From Squalus acanthias (taxonomy: Eukaryota): a stretch of DNA of 64,000 nucleotides. Positions 47,310-60,658 of this stretch are shown piece after piece; position 1 is the first letter of the stretch, and each line of letters begins with the position of its first letter. The DNA is taken from contig CM059438.1 of the NCBI GenBank assembly GCA_030390025.1, forward strand, positions 64,048,001 through 64,112,000, read 5' to 3'. A program made the translations under genes and the position numbers. Under the pieces are notes generated by a model that was not told the origin of the DNA, did not search any database, and saw only the letters and a program-made list of their open reading frames with translations.

Positions 47310-48805
47310 GTTTTTGGTAGATGGTTTTATAATTTTGAATGGTTCTATTCAATCCCTCCTTAATCTGCTCTGTTGTAGTTTTTCCAAGTTTCTCAGTATA
47401 ACTCTATCCTCTCATCCCTGGTATCATCTTAGTTATGTTGCACCTTTCGTGGGTTCCAACATCATTTGTATAATGAGGTGCCAAATACTGCACACTATCG
47501 CCTCGCTCAGTCCTAATGGACCTCTTGTTCAAATTCATCATTGTCTCCTTGCTTTTGTATTCAATATATAAAACCCAGAATTCCACTTGGCTTATTTGTG
47601 GCTTTTTACACCTGAAGGCTTGTTTTTGAAGACCTGTGTATCTGTGCCCCTCAAACTCTGTTCCTCTTCCCAAGATCACAAGATCATAAGGCAATTACGG
47701 ATGAGGAAGACCATTTGGCCCATGTTAGTTCTTCAATCCAGGAGCATCCTACAATGCCCATGCCCTATTGCAACATCCAATACTTTCTTAAATGCATCCA
47801 GGGATTTTTATCTCCCTACTTCAGTGGGAATTCTATTCCAAGTGTTGATCGGTCTTTGTGTAAAAAGAGAAACTTGCTAATATCAATCCGTTTATTAGTT
47901 TAAATTTGATTCCCTCTGTCCTACTTTCACATTTAATTTAAAGTAATGTTCCAGACTTACCTTTTCCATACAGTTTACTGCCTTGTATACTTCTATAAGT
48001 TCACCTCCCAGACTGAAAAACCCAAATCTCTTGTTTGTTCTCATAATTCAGCCCCCTGCCACTAGTGATCAGCCTTGGGTCGCTTCTCTGCACTGACTCC
48101 AGCGTTCGAACGTCTCTCTTGTGTCTCAGTGACCAGAACTGGATGCAGTATTCAAGATGCAGTCTAACCAAAGCACGGTACAGTTTGATCAAAGCTTCCT
48201 CTGACTCATATTCAAATGTTTTAGTTACATTGATTAACTTTCTGTTGGCTTTGTTGATTTCTACTATGCGTTGGTTGAACTTGTTAACCATTGAGTCTCC
48301 GAAGACTCCTAGATCTCTTTTAACTTCATCCTTAGCTATTTCAACATCATTCATAGAGTAAGTGTGTTGCTTAATTTTCCATCCTATATGCTGTACCTTG
48401 CAACTGTCTGCATTAAACATCATCTGCCATTGATCTGCCCACGTATTTATTTTGTCCAACTCACTATAGTTTCTGAGCTGCTTCCTCTGATTCCATTGCC
48501 TTTCCCAATTTGGTATCTTCGGCCAATTTGATCACTTTGCATTGCGTTTCTGAGTCCAGATCATTTTGAGTAAATGGAAAACAGCATGGTCCCGACACTG
48601 AGCTGTGGGGAGCTCACTCAGGAGCTCCTCCCTCTCCACCCGAACATTACTCTAACAAGTATTTATTGCTTTTAACTCTTACAGCCAGTTTCTTATCCCT
48701 TCCCATGGTTCACCATGAGTCACCACAGCATCGGGTTTGACAAATAACCATTCATTTGGTACTTTGTCAGATGTCTTTTGGAAGTCTAGGTACATGATGC
48801 CATAG
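47310..48805 (-). mobile_element. Old CR1 LINE fragments
   Basis: YLDFQKTSDKVP, WADQWQMMFNADSCKVQHIG, LYRALVRLHLEYCIQFWS. Confidence 0.85.
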
Positions 48806-50699
48806 TCGACCCGATTGAGAATATTAGAATTTTGATTAAATATGAGACATGCTTTCCAATTATTAGACAACCTTATTGACGTAAGAAAACTACTAGGCAC
48901 TTGGTCTAAGCGTTAAACAAAGCTTTAATCAACTGTTTTTCAACATGGAGGTCTAGTTGTGTCCTTCACTAGTTCCTGTTAAAGAATGTCCTGAGCAAGC
49001 TGGGCCCATGCCCGAGTATTTATACTCTCCCTGGACAGCGCCACCAGCAGGCCGCCCAGTATTATTTCATAAGTCATTTCCACATGAATGACAAGATTCA
49101 TGTCACTTATTTTTTCATAAAGGCGATAATCAGCGGCACCCTAGTGATTGCACAATTGGAACACTAAGCAAGGCCAGCTGAAGAAGTGCAAGCCCAAGTG
49201 AGTTGAGTTGGTTCTGTTCATGAAGAAATAATTTCCAAGATACTGACTTAAACTGTTGTGCTTTGTTGATTTTGAATATGAAATACAAAATATACTTTAT
49301 TTTAAAAAAAAAATTAGCTTTACTTCAGATGGCACAAAGTAAAAATGTGAAAGAGGTGTTAATATTTTCCATGGCGTTACTTTCTATGCATTCCTCAGTG
49401 TTTTGTACATCAACCTGAAGATTGGTGAAGATACAGTCCAATTACATCATATATTAATAACTTGTCATCGAGCTTGTTTAAAGTTCCTGCTCAATTGGTC
49501 ACCGGCATTCTTGAATGTCCAAATATTACGATATTTGCATGCAAATGTGCACATGAAATTCTTCTGTCTGTTATTTTAACAGAGATATTAATACACGTGG
49601 TTTAATGACCCCATTTAAATACCAGACAGATTACTCTTTAAGCATTCATAAGTACATATTGCAAACTGTAATTTCTAGGCTCTAATACCAGAAGCTTTAC
49701 CAAGTCAGGGTCAGTGACAAGGATTGCTGTTGCTTCAGTTAGTTCTCTGACATGCCCATATTCTTTTTATAATTACAGTGCTTTGGAGCTGGAGAATTAA
49801 GCCAGCTTAAGACCGAAATAGATTCATTTCAGAGTGAGGTTGCTCTTAAGACTGGATGCAAAAACAAAAACCACGGGAAAGCTTTTGCTGTCAGCTCTTG
49901 TGCGGCTCCTCGAGTGCGCGGATATTAAAATTGATGTGTGTGTCCCCCTCCCCACCCACTCTTCATTTGAGGCTCCTACATCTGATTTAAAGATGGAGAA
50001 AGCCTAGCAGGGTAGATACAGGGAAATCTAGGACTGAAGTGGGGAGGGAGAGTTGCCATTTAAATGTCACAGTGCTCGGTTAGCAGAATAACAGCTGATA
50101 GGAATACTCTGGTTGAAACTGGGAAATAATATACATTTATGAACAGCCGCCAACACGGAGATACACATTTTGGTGGATAAAGTTTTCGGATATTCACCTT
50201 CCTCACCTTTATAGGACTGTCAAAGATTTATTTCAGGCTTTTTTTGGGTAGAATTTTGGGTGTTTACTTATGCACAAATATAAACTGTATTCCACTCATT
50301 AAGTACTATAATAGAAGGAAAACTTATTCTAATTTCTGGTCTCAAAACCAGTAACTCCCCAGCGATCAGCCTTATGCACCCAAAGGTGTTAAGTTAGGGT
50401 TGGGACAAAATCAACAGATTGCGAACTGTCATTGCAAGTCAATGAATAAAAGGAACATTACACTGGATTGGAAACAAGCCAACATGGCACCTATCGTCAA
50501 GAAAAACTAAAATAAACCTTACAGACTCTTTAATGTTTGATCAATAACTGGCAAGATAATGGAACTGGTCATTAGGAATGAACTTGAGGGTTATCTATAT
50601 GAAAATAACCTAATGAACTGTGGTTAATTAGATTTCAGAAGGGGAGATCCTGCCTGACCAAGCTCATTGTGCCTCTGCCGAGTCTAGGAAAGACCTCTC

Positions 50700-51300
50700 C
50701 AATTATTGCCACTCCCCTGCTCTTTCCCCATAGACCTGCAAATATTTCTTTTTCAAGTATTTATCCAATTCCCTTTTGAAAGCTACTATTGAATCTGCTT
50801 CCATCGCCCTTTCAGGCAGTGCATTCCAGATCACAACAACTCGCTGCGTAAAACAAAATCTCCTCATCTCCCCTCTGGTTCTTTTGCCAATTATCTTCAA
50901 TCTGTGTCCTTTGGTTACGGACACACCTGCCAGTGGAAACAGTTTCTTCTTATCTGCTCTATCAAAACCCCTCATGATTTTGAACATCTCTATTAAGCCT
51001 CTCCTTAACCTTCTCTGCTCTAAGGAGAACAATCCCAGCTTCTCTAGTGTCTCCGCATAACTGAAGTTCCTCATCCCTGCTATCATTCTAGTAAATCTCC
51101 TCTGCACCCTCTCCAAGGCTCCATCCTTCCTAAAGTTTGGTGCCCAGAATTGGAGACCATACTCCAGCTAAGGCCTAACCAGTGTTTTATAAACATTCAG
51201 CATAACTTCCTTACTTTTGTACTCTATGCCTCTATTTCTAAAGCCAAGGATCCCATATGCTTTTCCAACAGCTTTATCAACTTCAAAGATTTATGTATCC
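50700..51300 (-). mobile_element. CR1 LINE 3' fragment
   Basis: ORF 50703-51116 (LERVQRRFTRMI...FTQRVVVIWNALP). Confidence 0.9.
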
Positions 51301-51324
51301 TTGGCGCCTTAGAGCTTTTTTTTT

Positions 51325-51860
51325 ATTCGTTCATAGGATGTGGGCATCAGCATTTATTGTGCATCCCTAGTTGCCCTTGAGAAGGTGGTGATGAGCTGCC
51401 TTCTTGAACTGCTGCAGTCCGTGTGGTGAAGGTACTCCCACAGTGCTATTAGGGAGAGAGTTCCAGTACTTTGACCCAGTGACAATGAAGGAACGGTGAT
51501 ATACTTCCAAGTCAGGATGGTGTGTGACTTGGAGGGGAACTTGGAGGTGGTGGTGTACCCATGCGCCTGCTGCCCTTGTCCTTCTAAGTGGTAGAGGTCG
51601 TGGGTTTGGGAGGTGCTGCTGAAGAAGCCTTGGCGAGTTGCTGCAGTGCATCTTGTAGATGGTACACACTGCAGCCACGGTACGCTGGTGGTGGAGGGAG
51701 TGAATATTTAAGGTGGTGGATGGGGTGCCAGTCAAGCGGGCTGCTTTGTCCTGGATGGTGTCGAGCTTCTTGAGTGTTGTTGGAGCTGCACTCATCCAGG
51801 CAAGTGGAGAGTATTCCATCACACTCCTGACTTGTGCCTTGTAGATGGTGGAAAGGCTCC
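51325..51860 (-). mobile_element. CR1-group LINE 3' end (family of 38430-39880)
   Basis: TIYKAQVRSVMEYSPLAWMSAAPTTLKKLDTIQDKAARL. Confidence 0.9.
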
Positions 51861-53294
51861 TTGGCCCTTTGAGAAAATTGCATCCCAAATCGATGTTAGA
51901 AAACTGATATAGTAAACTCGGAAATAGAAGAGGAAATCTCTGAAAGTGAGAAGCAGTAATTACTAGTTAGGGGAATGAAATTGAGCTGGAGAGATGTACT
52001 GACTGTAATGATTGGGAATTATTGCAAGGACCTCTGTTATTTTCAATGTACATAACTCACTTAGATTTGGAAGTTAAATGCAAGTAAGTCAAATTCACAT
52101 AGCCAGATAAGAAATATTTTCACACAGCTGAGCTTGTAGAAGCATCATTCACTGGCACTTCCTGTCACCAGAGTCACTGCAATGGTAGACATCAATGAGT
52201 TACAATTTCAGATATTAGCTTCCTCAGATGAGTAGACAGCATGTTAACAGTGTAGCACTCCCTCCGTTCTGCACCGGCGTGTCAGCCTGGATTATGTGCT
52301 CAAGTCTCTGGAGTGGGACTTGAACCCACACAAAGGAGCTAGTCTGTGGCTATTAAAATGGTTAAACTTGCAATAAGGAGCATCTGCCAGGTGAATACAG
52401 TGACATTACAGTAAATTTTAATTCTTTCCTTAAAAAAAAGTTGAACAATTTACTCAGCAGTTGTGTAAAACATCTTTACTTCAGGGCGTTATTCTTGAGT
52501 TTAAATATGAATATAAAGTTCATTACAATAGCAGAGCCTTTTGGAAGATAAATTGGACTTAACCTCAAAGTGCAGCAGTAGAACATTATAAATGGGATTC
52601 CTGATAACTTTTTAGCAGTTTTATTTAATTACTGTCATTAAAGGTCAAAGGATTGGGGTCAAATATCCTTTAGTTTTAACAAGACCAAGAGGAGTTTTTC
52701 ATACACCATTTACCAATGAGTGAAACATGTTCAAACCACCAAGTCCTACAGGGTGGTTGAGGCAGATGTCAGGCATCACATGAACTTGACAAAAAAAATC
52801 ACAGCTACAAAGACCAGATGCCCTGTAGGCTGGGAGAACTTCAGTGGTACACTGTGATGCAGATCAAACATTTCCACCTGCCAATCAAGCAAACTAACTC
52901 CTGTAGTTCACTACAGGGATTCTTTCTAACGACTTGGCGGTAGAATTTTCTGGTAGGCGAGGTCTGTGTTGTGTAGCAATCTATATACAGAATAAATGCC
53001 TTGTATCTCGCTGTCTGTCAGACTTGAAAGTGTCACATGTGCACCTGATAAGCTCAAATATCATGTTCATAAAATGCCATGAAATTACAACTGAACAGAT
53101 ACCGATGAACAAGTCGCCTCATTACAAAAAAAATATATATTTATATAAAAACAGAAGGAAACCCAGTCATTTCCTGTTGGTTTCTTCTGAACTGGGTAAT
53201 CCAGCCTCTCTGCGAGGGGAGGAGTTGGGGGAATGACTTCACTCGGCAACAGCAAGTAGTCTCTTATTGACTTCGGGATGTGCCCATTTATTAT

Positions 53295-54032
53295 AGGCCA
53301 GAAATTCGGCTTTCCGGCTTCCTGCGGGTGCAAGCATCGCGCGCGTACTTGCCTACCGCGCCTGCTGTTGTGCTTCGGGCCCACGAGGACTTCGGGTCCT
53401 GGGCCTCCTGCAGCTGCCGGCGCGCAGTGCTTGCGTGTCCCAGGGGCGCAGTTAGTTCGAAGCGTCCCCTGGGATCACGTGGGCCCTGGAGAGCCAATCC
53501 TAGCAGGGCATTTTCATTCATAGATTTGACAGGAAGACCTGTCAAATCTATGAATAGAGATCGGCCCCAAAACCACACTTAAACTTCAAATAAATTTTTT
53601 AAAAAACATCACATTTTAAAAATAACTATAAGTTACATAAATTTGAAAAAATTAATTATACTTTTTAACGGTGCTAAAAATAAACTTACCTTTCTTTAAA
53701 GTATTTAAAAAAGATAGACCTGTTGAAAAAATGATAAAATTGTAATTAATTAACCACTTACCTTGTTAAAAACAGGCCTTGCGCCTCCTTTTTAAAAGCG
53801 CAGCTTCTTCATACTTACCTTCCTGGATAAAACCTGAAAAAAAAACTGAAGTTCGCTGCGTGTGCGCAGCCTCTCCCGCGCATGCGTTCGACTTCTGAAC
53901 CCCTCCCTTCAGGGGAACGGAAGTTCCGGTTTCCCGTGCATGCGCAGTGCATGCAGGAAACCGGCACTTCAGGTGGCCTTACGGGTGAGTACACAGCGCG
54001 TACTCACCCGACAAGAGCCGAATTTCTGGCCC
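53295..54032. mobile_element. Harbinger-type MITE, copy A
   Basis: GGCCAGAAATTCGGC and GCCGAATTTCTGGCC TIRs; GC-rich arms, AT-rich core, internal perfect palindrome. Confidence 0.88.
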
Positions 54033-54279
54033 AATGTATTTTTGTAATGTTAAAGGAACAGGCCGTGTCAGCAGCAGACGGCTTTTCTCAAGGCTGCCCC
54101 TTTACAATTTACTGCAAGATGCAAAAGCTCCCATTGTTATTATATAGCACTTTGTGTTTGACATGATATGATAGGTCTACAACTTTAAATGTCAACTTGC
54201 CATAAGCAGCGCCACAGGAGACCCACTATTACTTCATATTGTATCTGATTGATTTGACCCTTAGCATTTGAGTCTTCCA

Positions 54280-54670
54280 CTGCACTATCTAGGCTGGCAT
54301 TCCAGTGCATTACTGAGGGAGTGCTGCATGGTTGGTGGTGCCTTCCTTTGGATAAGATGCTAACCTGAAGTTCTTTATATACCTGTTCAGGTAGATGTCA
54401 AAAGATCTCAATGGCACCATTCAAAGAAGAGCAGAGGAGTTCTCTCAACTGTCGCGTCAAGCATTCCTCTTTCACCGACCGGTACGACCGAGAAACAGAT
54501 CAACCGGTTATTCATCTCGCCGCTGTTTGTGGAATCTGACTGCACTGAATTGCTGCCACATTTATCTGCCTAAAGGGAGTTACTGCACTCCAAAGGTAAT
54601 TCATTGTTTGGAAAGCTTGGAAACATGTCCACAACGTCATAAGGCACTACATAAATGCCAGTACTTTTTT
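54280..54670 (+). mobile_element. Degenerate Deu-domain SINE
   Basis: Diverged match to 43646-44110. Confidence 0.7.
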
Positions 54671-54887
54671 TTAATACTGACTTCTATATTTAAGAGCACA
54701 AGAATCCTAATAACAATCTAGATTATATTGAATATTGCCATTGTTCACTACTTTAGTTAAGAAATGTTAAAACACTCAACAGATTAACATTAAGAAGAAT
54801 ATACTTCAATGGGATGACTATCACCCGAATCCTTACCTGCCTCAGTCTCCTTCTCATAGTCAGTGCATATCCTCCTTACTCAATATT

Positions 54888-55653
54888 GGGCCAAAAATTC
54901 GGCACTTGCCGGGTGAGTACGTGCTGTGTACTCAACCGTAAGGCCTCCTGAAGTGCCGGTTTCCTGCATGCACTGTGCATGCACGGGAAATCGGAACTTC
55001 CGGTCTCGTGAAGGAAGGGGTTTAGAGGTGAACCGCGTGCGCGGTAGAGGCTGCGCGCACGCAGCGAACTTAGGTTTTTTTTCAGGTTTCTCCGGGAAGG
55101 TAAGTATGGAAGAAGCTGTGCTTTTAAAAAGGAGGCGCAGGACCCATTTTTAACAAGGTAAGTGGTTAATTAATTACAATTTAAAATTTTTTTCAACAGG
55201 TTTATCTTTTTTAGATACTTTAAAGAAAGGTAAGTTTATTTTTCGCACTGTTAAAAAGTATTTTAATTTTTTCAAAAATTTAAATTTTTGTTTAAAGTAG
55301 TTAATTTATTTAACTTATAGTTATTTTAAAAATGTGATGTTTTTTTTAAAAATTTATTTGAAGTTTAGGTGTTGTTTTGGGGCCGATTTCAATTCATAGA
55401 TTTGACAGGTCTTCCTGTCAAATCTATGAATGAAAGATGGTCTGCTGCCATTGGCTCTCCATGGCCCACGTGATCCCAGGGGACGCATCGCACTAACTAC
55501 GCCCCTGGGATACACAAGCACTGCGCGCCGGCACTTGGAGCAAGCCCAGGAGCTGAAGTCCCCGTGGGCCCAGAGGTCAACGGCAGGCGCGGTAGGTAAG
55601 TGCGCGCGCGATCCTTACACCCGCGGGAAGCCAGGGAGCCGAATTTCTGGGCC
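54888..55653. mobile_element. Harbinger-type MITE, copy B (inverted relative to copy A)
   Basis: GGGCCAAAAATTCGGC and GCCGAATTTCTGGGCC ends; TSD ATT at 54885-54887 and 55654-55656. Confidence 0.9.
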
Positions 55654-57545
55654 ATTATCCTGGAAATCATTTTCCCTACTGAGCCCTCTACTCAGAAACT
55701 AAATTCCTGTCCATTCAACCCCCCATTGAAAGTCAAACCTTGCAATCGGGTGTGTTGTTCAGATATGGTTATGATCAATAAACTTGCTTAGAACGATTAC
55801 CAAACAGCTTCAATGCCAACAGAGTTAGTGTATACCTGTCTTACATAGAATCTTGTCCTTCTGTTTAAATTCATGTTTATTTAGTCTTGCTCTTACTGTA
55901 CTTTGAAAGGAAACATTTTCCAAAGTGAACATTGGCCCTAATTGTACTGGAGTGATTTATTGCAGTATTTATATTGCGGAATAGTTTCCATCAAAGTGCT
56001 CTGCAATGTGCTGACACTGCCAGTGCTCTGGACTGTGTCCTGCTTACATTGCGCGCTGATTTCGGAGGCCCGTTGCCAGCAAGTTATGTGCAAGATAAGT
56101 TTGAAATATTGTCTCATTTGACCATCTTTGGTTTCATTTCAGATTCCAAACTTGCCCCAAATGGGAGGTCAACCATCTAGGGTTGTCACCTAGAATTTTA
56201 CTTAACACAGCCAATCCACCAATGAGCTAGCAAACAACCCAGAGACGCTTTGAAGAATCATGTGAATCTTTGAAATGGAAGTAATGGCACACGTAGACGC
56301 AAAAAAAACCTGGTGTATTATCTCATCCTTGTTCCGTGAATATATCCACAGGGTGTCAAATGGGTGAAGTGGTTTGCTCATATCGGGGCTGAATTTCTTT
56401 GGTCTTTTCAGTGTAATAATGCTGTATTAGGAGCAGACAGACCCAAACATGCTGACCTTCTGTACGCATAATCTTCTAGGGCAAAAAAACGCAAATGTGG
56501 GAAAGTGTCATGTGATGTTAGTCCCCCATTTACGCATTCAGGAATGTTGGACACGAGGGACACTTGTGCATCCCTGACATCCAGCATTGCTAGGGTGGTA
56601 GACACACAGATTTATATTTTATACATCTGGAGTGTCCCTGCTGCAACTGATCGCAGAGAGGAATCTGTTTTCTCGAAAAATAGGCCACTTTTAAAAACAT
56701 TTCTTTCGGCCAGCGTGTTATGCTGTGGCTGGGCACCCTGGCGAGTATTTTTGAGGCAGACACCCTGGGAACATTGTTAATGGTGTGGGCACCATGCCCA
56801 ATGTATGCAAATGCCCCGACCCTGGAAAGTAGGACAAGGTCAGGGTGCAACTTGTGGTCAGGCGTATGTTCTGCCCCAAAAGAGTTCCCGATGAAATTTG
56901 GCCGCATCATCTCCACCAGTGAGGTGATCTGTCGCACCAGTTCCAACTGTCTTGGTTCATTTTATTTCACTACACACTCTGTGGGCTCGTTACTGCTCAG
57001 TGTCTCTGCATTTCTGCTCAAAGTTTCACAAAACACAAAGCCTAAAAACACAATGGGGTGGCATTTCCTGTGGGGAGCGAAATTGTGAAGTTATATCTGC
57101 AATAACACACAGTCATGCGCCCGTTCTGCTGATATCAATTTATGCCTAAATTTCCTGCCAATCTCATGAGTAAACGCCAGAATATAAATATTCAGCGTAA
57201 CCAAGTGAGACGTGAGGAAAGCGTGGTACTCACATCATATATTCCTTCTTTAAGTATAAAAATTCCAGTTTCAATTTATGCACATTATGCCCAGCATCGT
57301 GGAAGCTTTTCAATTTCTAGTATGTAATGTAATGCCATAAAAATGCCTTCAAGAAAGCAGGATATACAGTGCAGATCTCAGTGAGGTTTTTATTTTTAAA
57401 TTGCTTAAACAATCACCATAATGCACCGGAAAAATGTCTGTTTCCTTCTCCATTTAAAATTCTCGGCATCATTTTACATTCTTCAAACCTGCATAATGGC
57501 AGGAAATTTGCGTGTAGGGCTCTTCCACCTGGGAGCAGAGCCAAT

Positions 57546-58228
57546 GGCCCGTAATTTGCGGCCCCTACGGGTGCATGCGAGGTCCGTACGTGCCCGTAAG
57601 GGCCGCGTAAGTTCCCGGGTTTAGGCAGGCGAAGCGCCTGCGTGAAAACCCGGAACTTGAGATCTGTCAAGAATCTTCGCATCCCCGCGGGCGGAGAGTT
57701 GGGCTATTTGCCCAGCGAATGCCTGTGAAATTCTTACGCCTGGTAAAAGCAAGCGTAAGGCCTGCTTGAGTTTAAAAAAACATTAAAATACTTTTTTTTC
57801 AATCATTTATACATTAAAAAACCTGTTCAGTAAGGTAAGTTTATTTTTAGCCCATTTAAAACATTTAAATTTATTTTTCAAAAAATTACATTTCTGTTTT
57901 AAATATTTAATTCATTGGCATTTTAATTAATTTTAAATATGTAATATTTTTTTAATTATTTATTTGATGTGTAGATGTATTTTTTGGGGTATTCCCATTC
58001 GTGCTTATGGGGATTCCCTTCTTTCACTGGTTGGGCCGGTCCAGGTGATCCCAGGGGTGCTTGCGAACCGCCTGCGCCCCTGGGATACGTGAGCCTCCAC
58101 CTGCGGGTACCCGGAGAGGCCCAGGACCGCGAGTCTCCGTACCGCCCGGACCACCAGGTACGCGGGTATTTTATGTGTGGATCGGAGGCGTTTCCCCGCG
58201 GGAAGTCTCCGACCGCACAATCAGGGCC
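57546..58228. mobile_element. Harbinger-type MITE, related family
   Basis: GGCCCGTAATTTGCGG and CCGCACAATCAGGGCC ends; same GC-arm/AT-core design; shares CCGGAACTT and GTGATCCCAGGGG motifs with copies A and B. Confidence 0.7.
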
Positions 58229-58554
58229 ATTATAATTAGCCGAGATGCGCTCGGCCACAGGGATCAATGGACGGGCGTAAAAGATCGCGGAAATTCAGGC
58301 GTAGCCTAATTACGTGCGTAACGCACTTGCGCCCGAGTTTCCTCGATCTTTTATGCCGGGAATTTGCTTTATCCCCCACTTACATGTGTCTCTGGGTGCA
58401 CGTACACAGGAAATACCACCCCAGTAACTCGGGACTGGTTCAAACCAGTTTGTATTTGGCTTTATATACTGCGATGTACTTTAAATTAAACAGCTATTTA
58501 ACAGTATATGAAAATCTCCAGCTGCTAGCTGTGTCATTGAAACGTATAAAATTC

Positions 58555-58915
58555 TGACAGGGCTAGACAGACTGGATGCAGGGAGGATGTTTCCCCTGGC
58601 TGGGGGGGGTCTAGAACGAGGGGTCACAGTCTCAGGATACGGGGTAGGACATTTAGGACTGAGCTGAGGAGAAATTTCTTCACTCAGAGGGTGGTGAACC
58701 TGTGGAATTCTCGACCACAGAAGGCTGTGGAGGCCAAGTCACTAAATATATTTAAGAAGGAGATAGATAGATTTCTAGACACAAAAGGCATCAAGGGGTA
58801 TGGGGAGAGAGCGGGAATATGGTATTGAGATAGAGGATCAGCCATGATCATATTGAATGGCGGAGCAGGCTCGAAGGGCCGAATGGCCTACTCCTGCTCC
58901 TATTTTTTTCTCTAT
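58555..58915 (+). mobile_element. CR1 LINE 3' end
   Basis: GGATGCAGGGAGGATGTTTCCCCTGGC...GAAGGGCCGAATGGCCTACTCCTGCTCC. Confidence 0.9.
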
Positions 58916-59762
58916 GTAAAGATCCGAGACACTAATCCATGTGCTAATTGCACAGTATCCTTAGACCTCCAACCTGCTTCCTAAATGATCTGCCATATTC
59001 ACAGTGACAAACCTCAATTGAGTCCTGAGATCCTATTGTGATTTCTCCTCTCAAGTATGAAGATTTTTTTTGGTGGTGGGGGGGGGTGGGGGGGGGTGGC
59101 TGGGGGGGAGGGGGAACAGGAAGGATATAGAGATGGAACATCCTGAATGAAGTTCCACGGAATACAAAGGCAAAGCAGTTGGGAAATAACTGCAGCAATC
59201 TAGTTCTTGCAGTTCATCAGTCCCTTCCTCATTCTTATCTTCCAACCTTTCTGAGATGAAGAATAATGCTTCATTTTGTCCTCAAATACCAAGCAGCTGT
59301 TGTGATGTCACAATAATGACAGCAATGAAGTTAATGAGCATGCGTCTGTCTGGGTGACCAGATTGGGTTGAAGACAGACGGTTCGTTTTTTGACACATGG
59401 CAAGACAATTGTGAGAGGTTAACGTCATGTGACCCAGAGAACAAGGCAACAGAACTACATTCCTCCATAAGTTGTACGTGTCCACGAGCAAGGGAATGAG
59501 TGTAAGTAATTGAGCCTTCAAAGAATGGCCATATAATGAACTGGCAGGCAATTGTTTTTTAAAAATTTAATATGACACCATCCACCTCCTATTCACTGGT
59601 TAATGATTTCTGATTTTCACTTTATCCTTCCATTATGGGTAATGATCATCATTTATAAACCTCATTACAGCATGACATCTATGTGAGTTCAGAGACTCTC
59701 TTCTGCTATCTATATCACTGGGATTGAACAGGCTGTATTTGTGTCGCATTCACTCCCACCTC

Positions 59763-59798
59763 ATATATATATATATATAATATATATATATATATAAA
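59763..59798. repeat. (TA)n microsatellite
   Basis: Direct observation. Confidence 0.9.
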
Positions 59799-60061
59799 TA
59801 AAAGTTTTTTTCTCTTGTTGTTAGCTGGTCATATTCTCGTGTATCTAAACTTGGTTAAAGTCGGATGCAGAATTCAGACCACTTCCCCGAGATTGTTTTT
59901 TTTTTAGGGAGGAGAGGAGCTCTTAACGTGAAATTCGAAAAGAGATACCAAGAAGTGCAAATACGATAGCAAAATACTGCGGATGCTGGAAATCCGAAAT
60001 AACAACAGAAAATGCTGGAAAAACTCAGCAGGCCAGGCAGCATCCGTGGAGAGAGAAACAG

Positions 60062-60098
60062 AGTTAACGTTTCAGGTCGAAGACCTTTCGTCAGAATT
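60062..60098 (-). ncRNA. Minimal type I hammerhead ribozyme motif
   Basis: AATT-CTGACGA-A-AGGTC(TTC)GACCT-GAAA-CG-TT-AACT; core intact, stem I has one mismatch. Confidence 0.65.
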
Positions 60099-60658
60099 GG
60101 GTGACTGCTTTGCAGAACACCTCCGTTCAGTCCGTAAGGGGGACCCCGAGCTCCCGGTGGCCTGTCACTTTAATTCTCCGCTCCACTCCCACTCTGACTT
60201 CACCGTCCTCGGCCTATTACACTGTTCCACGGAAGCTCAGCGTAAGCTCGAGGAACAGCACCTCATCTTTCGTTTAGGCACCCTACAGCCCTCTTGACTC
60301 AATATCGAGTTCAACAATTTCAGATCATAACCCCGGCCCCCATCACATATATATATCTTTATTTATTTTATTTTTTCATCCACTCTTTTGTTTGGCTTTT
60401 TTTCTTCCCTCCCAGAAGCTGGCAGCTGTCCTTCATTCTGCCAGCGCATTTCACACTTCATCCAGAGCCATCCTTTGTTCCTCCACCTGTCCCGTTACCA
60501 CCTCCTCTTGCCTTGAATATCTCTTAATGTCTCTCAATGTCTCTTAACCTCTCCTGCTTTCTGTCCCACCACTGACCTTCCCTTTTGTTCTTTCATCCCC
60601 TCCCCATTTTCCCAGCTTTATACTTGCTTTAAATCTATTTCATTTCCTGCTTTTTTCC

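Noticed and set aside
49033..49042. REST/NRSE site
   Set aside because: Only the right half-site GGACAGCGCC is present.
56590..56946. Gypsy integrase C-terminus resemblance (RVGAFAY)
   Set aside because: Only a few residues match and there are no flanking integrase motifs; kept as unidentified.
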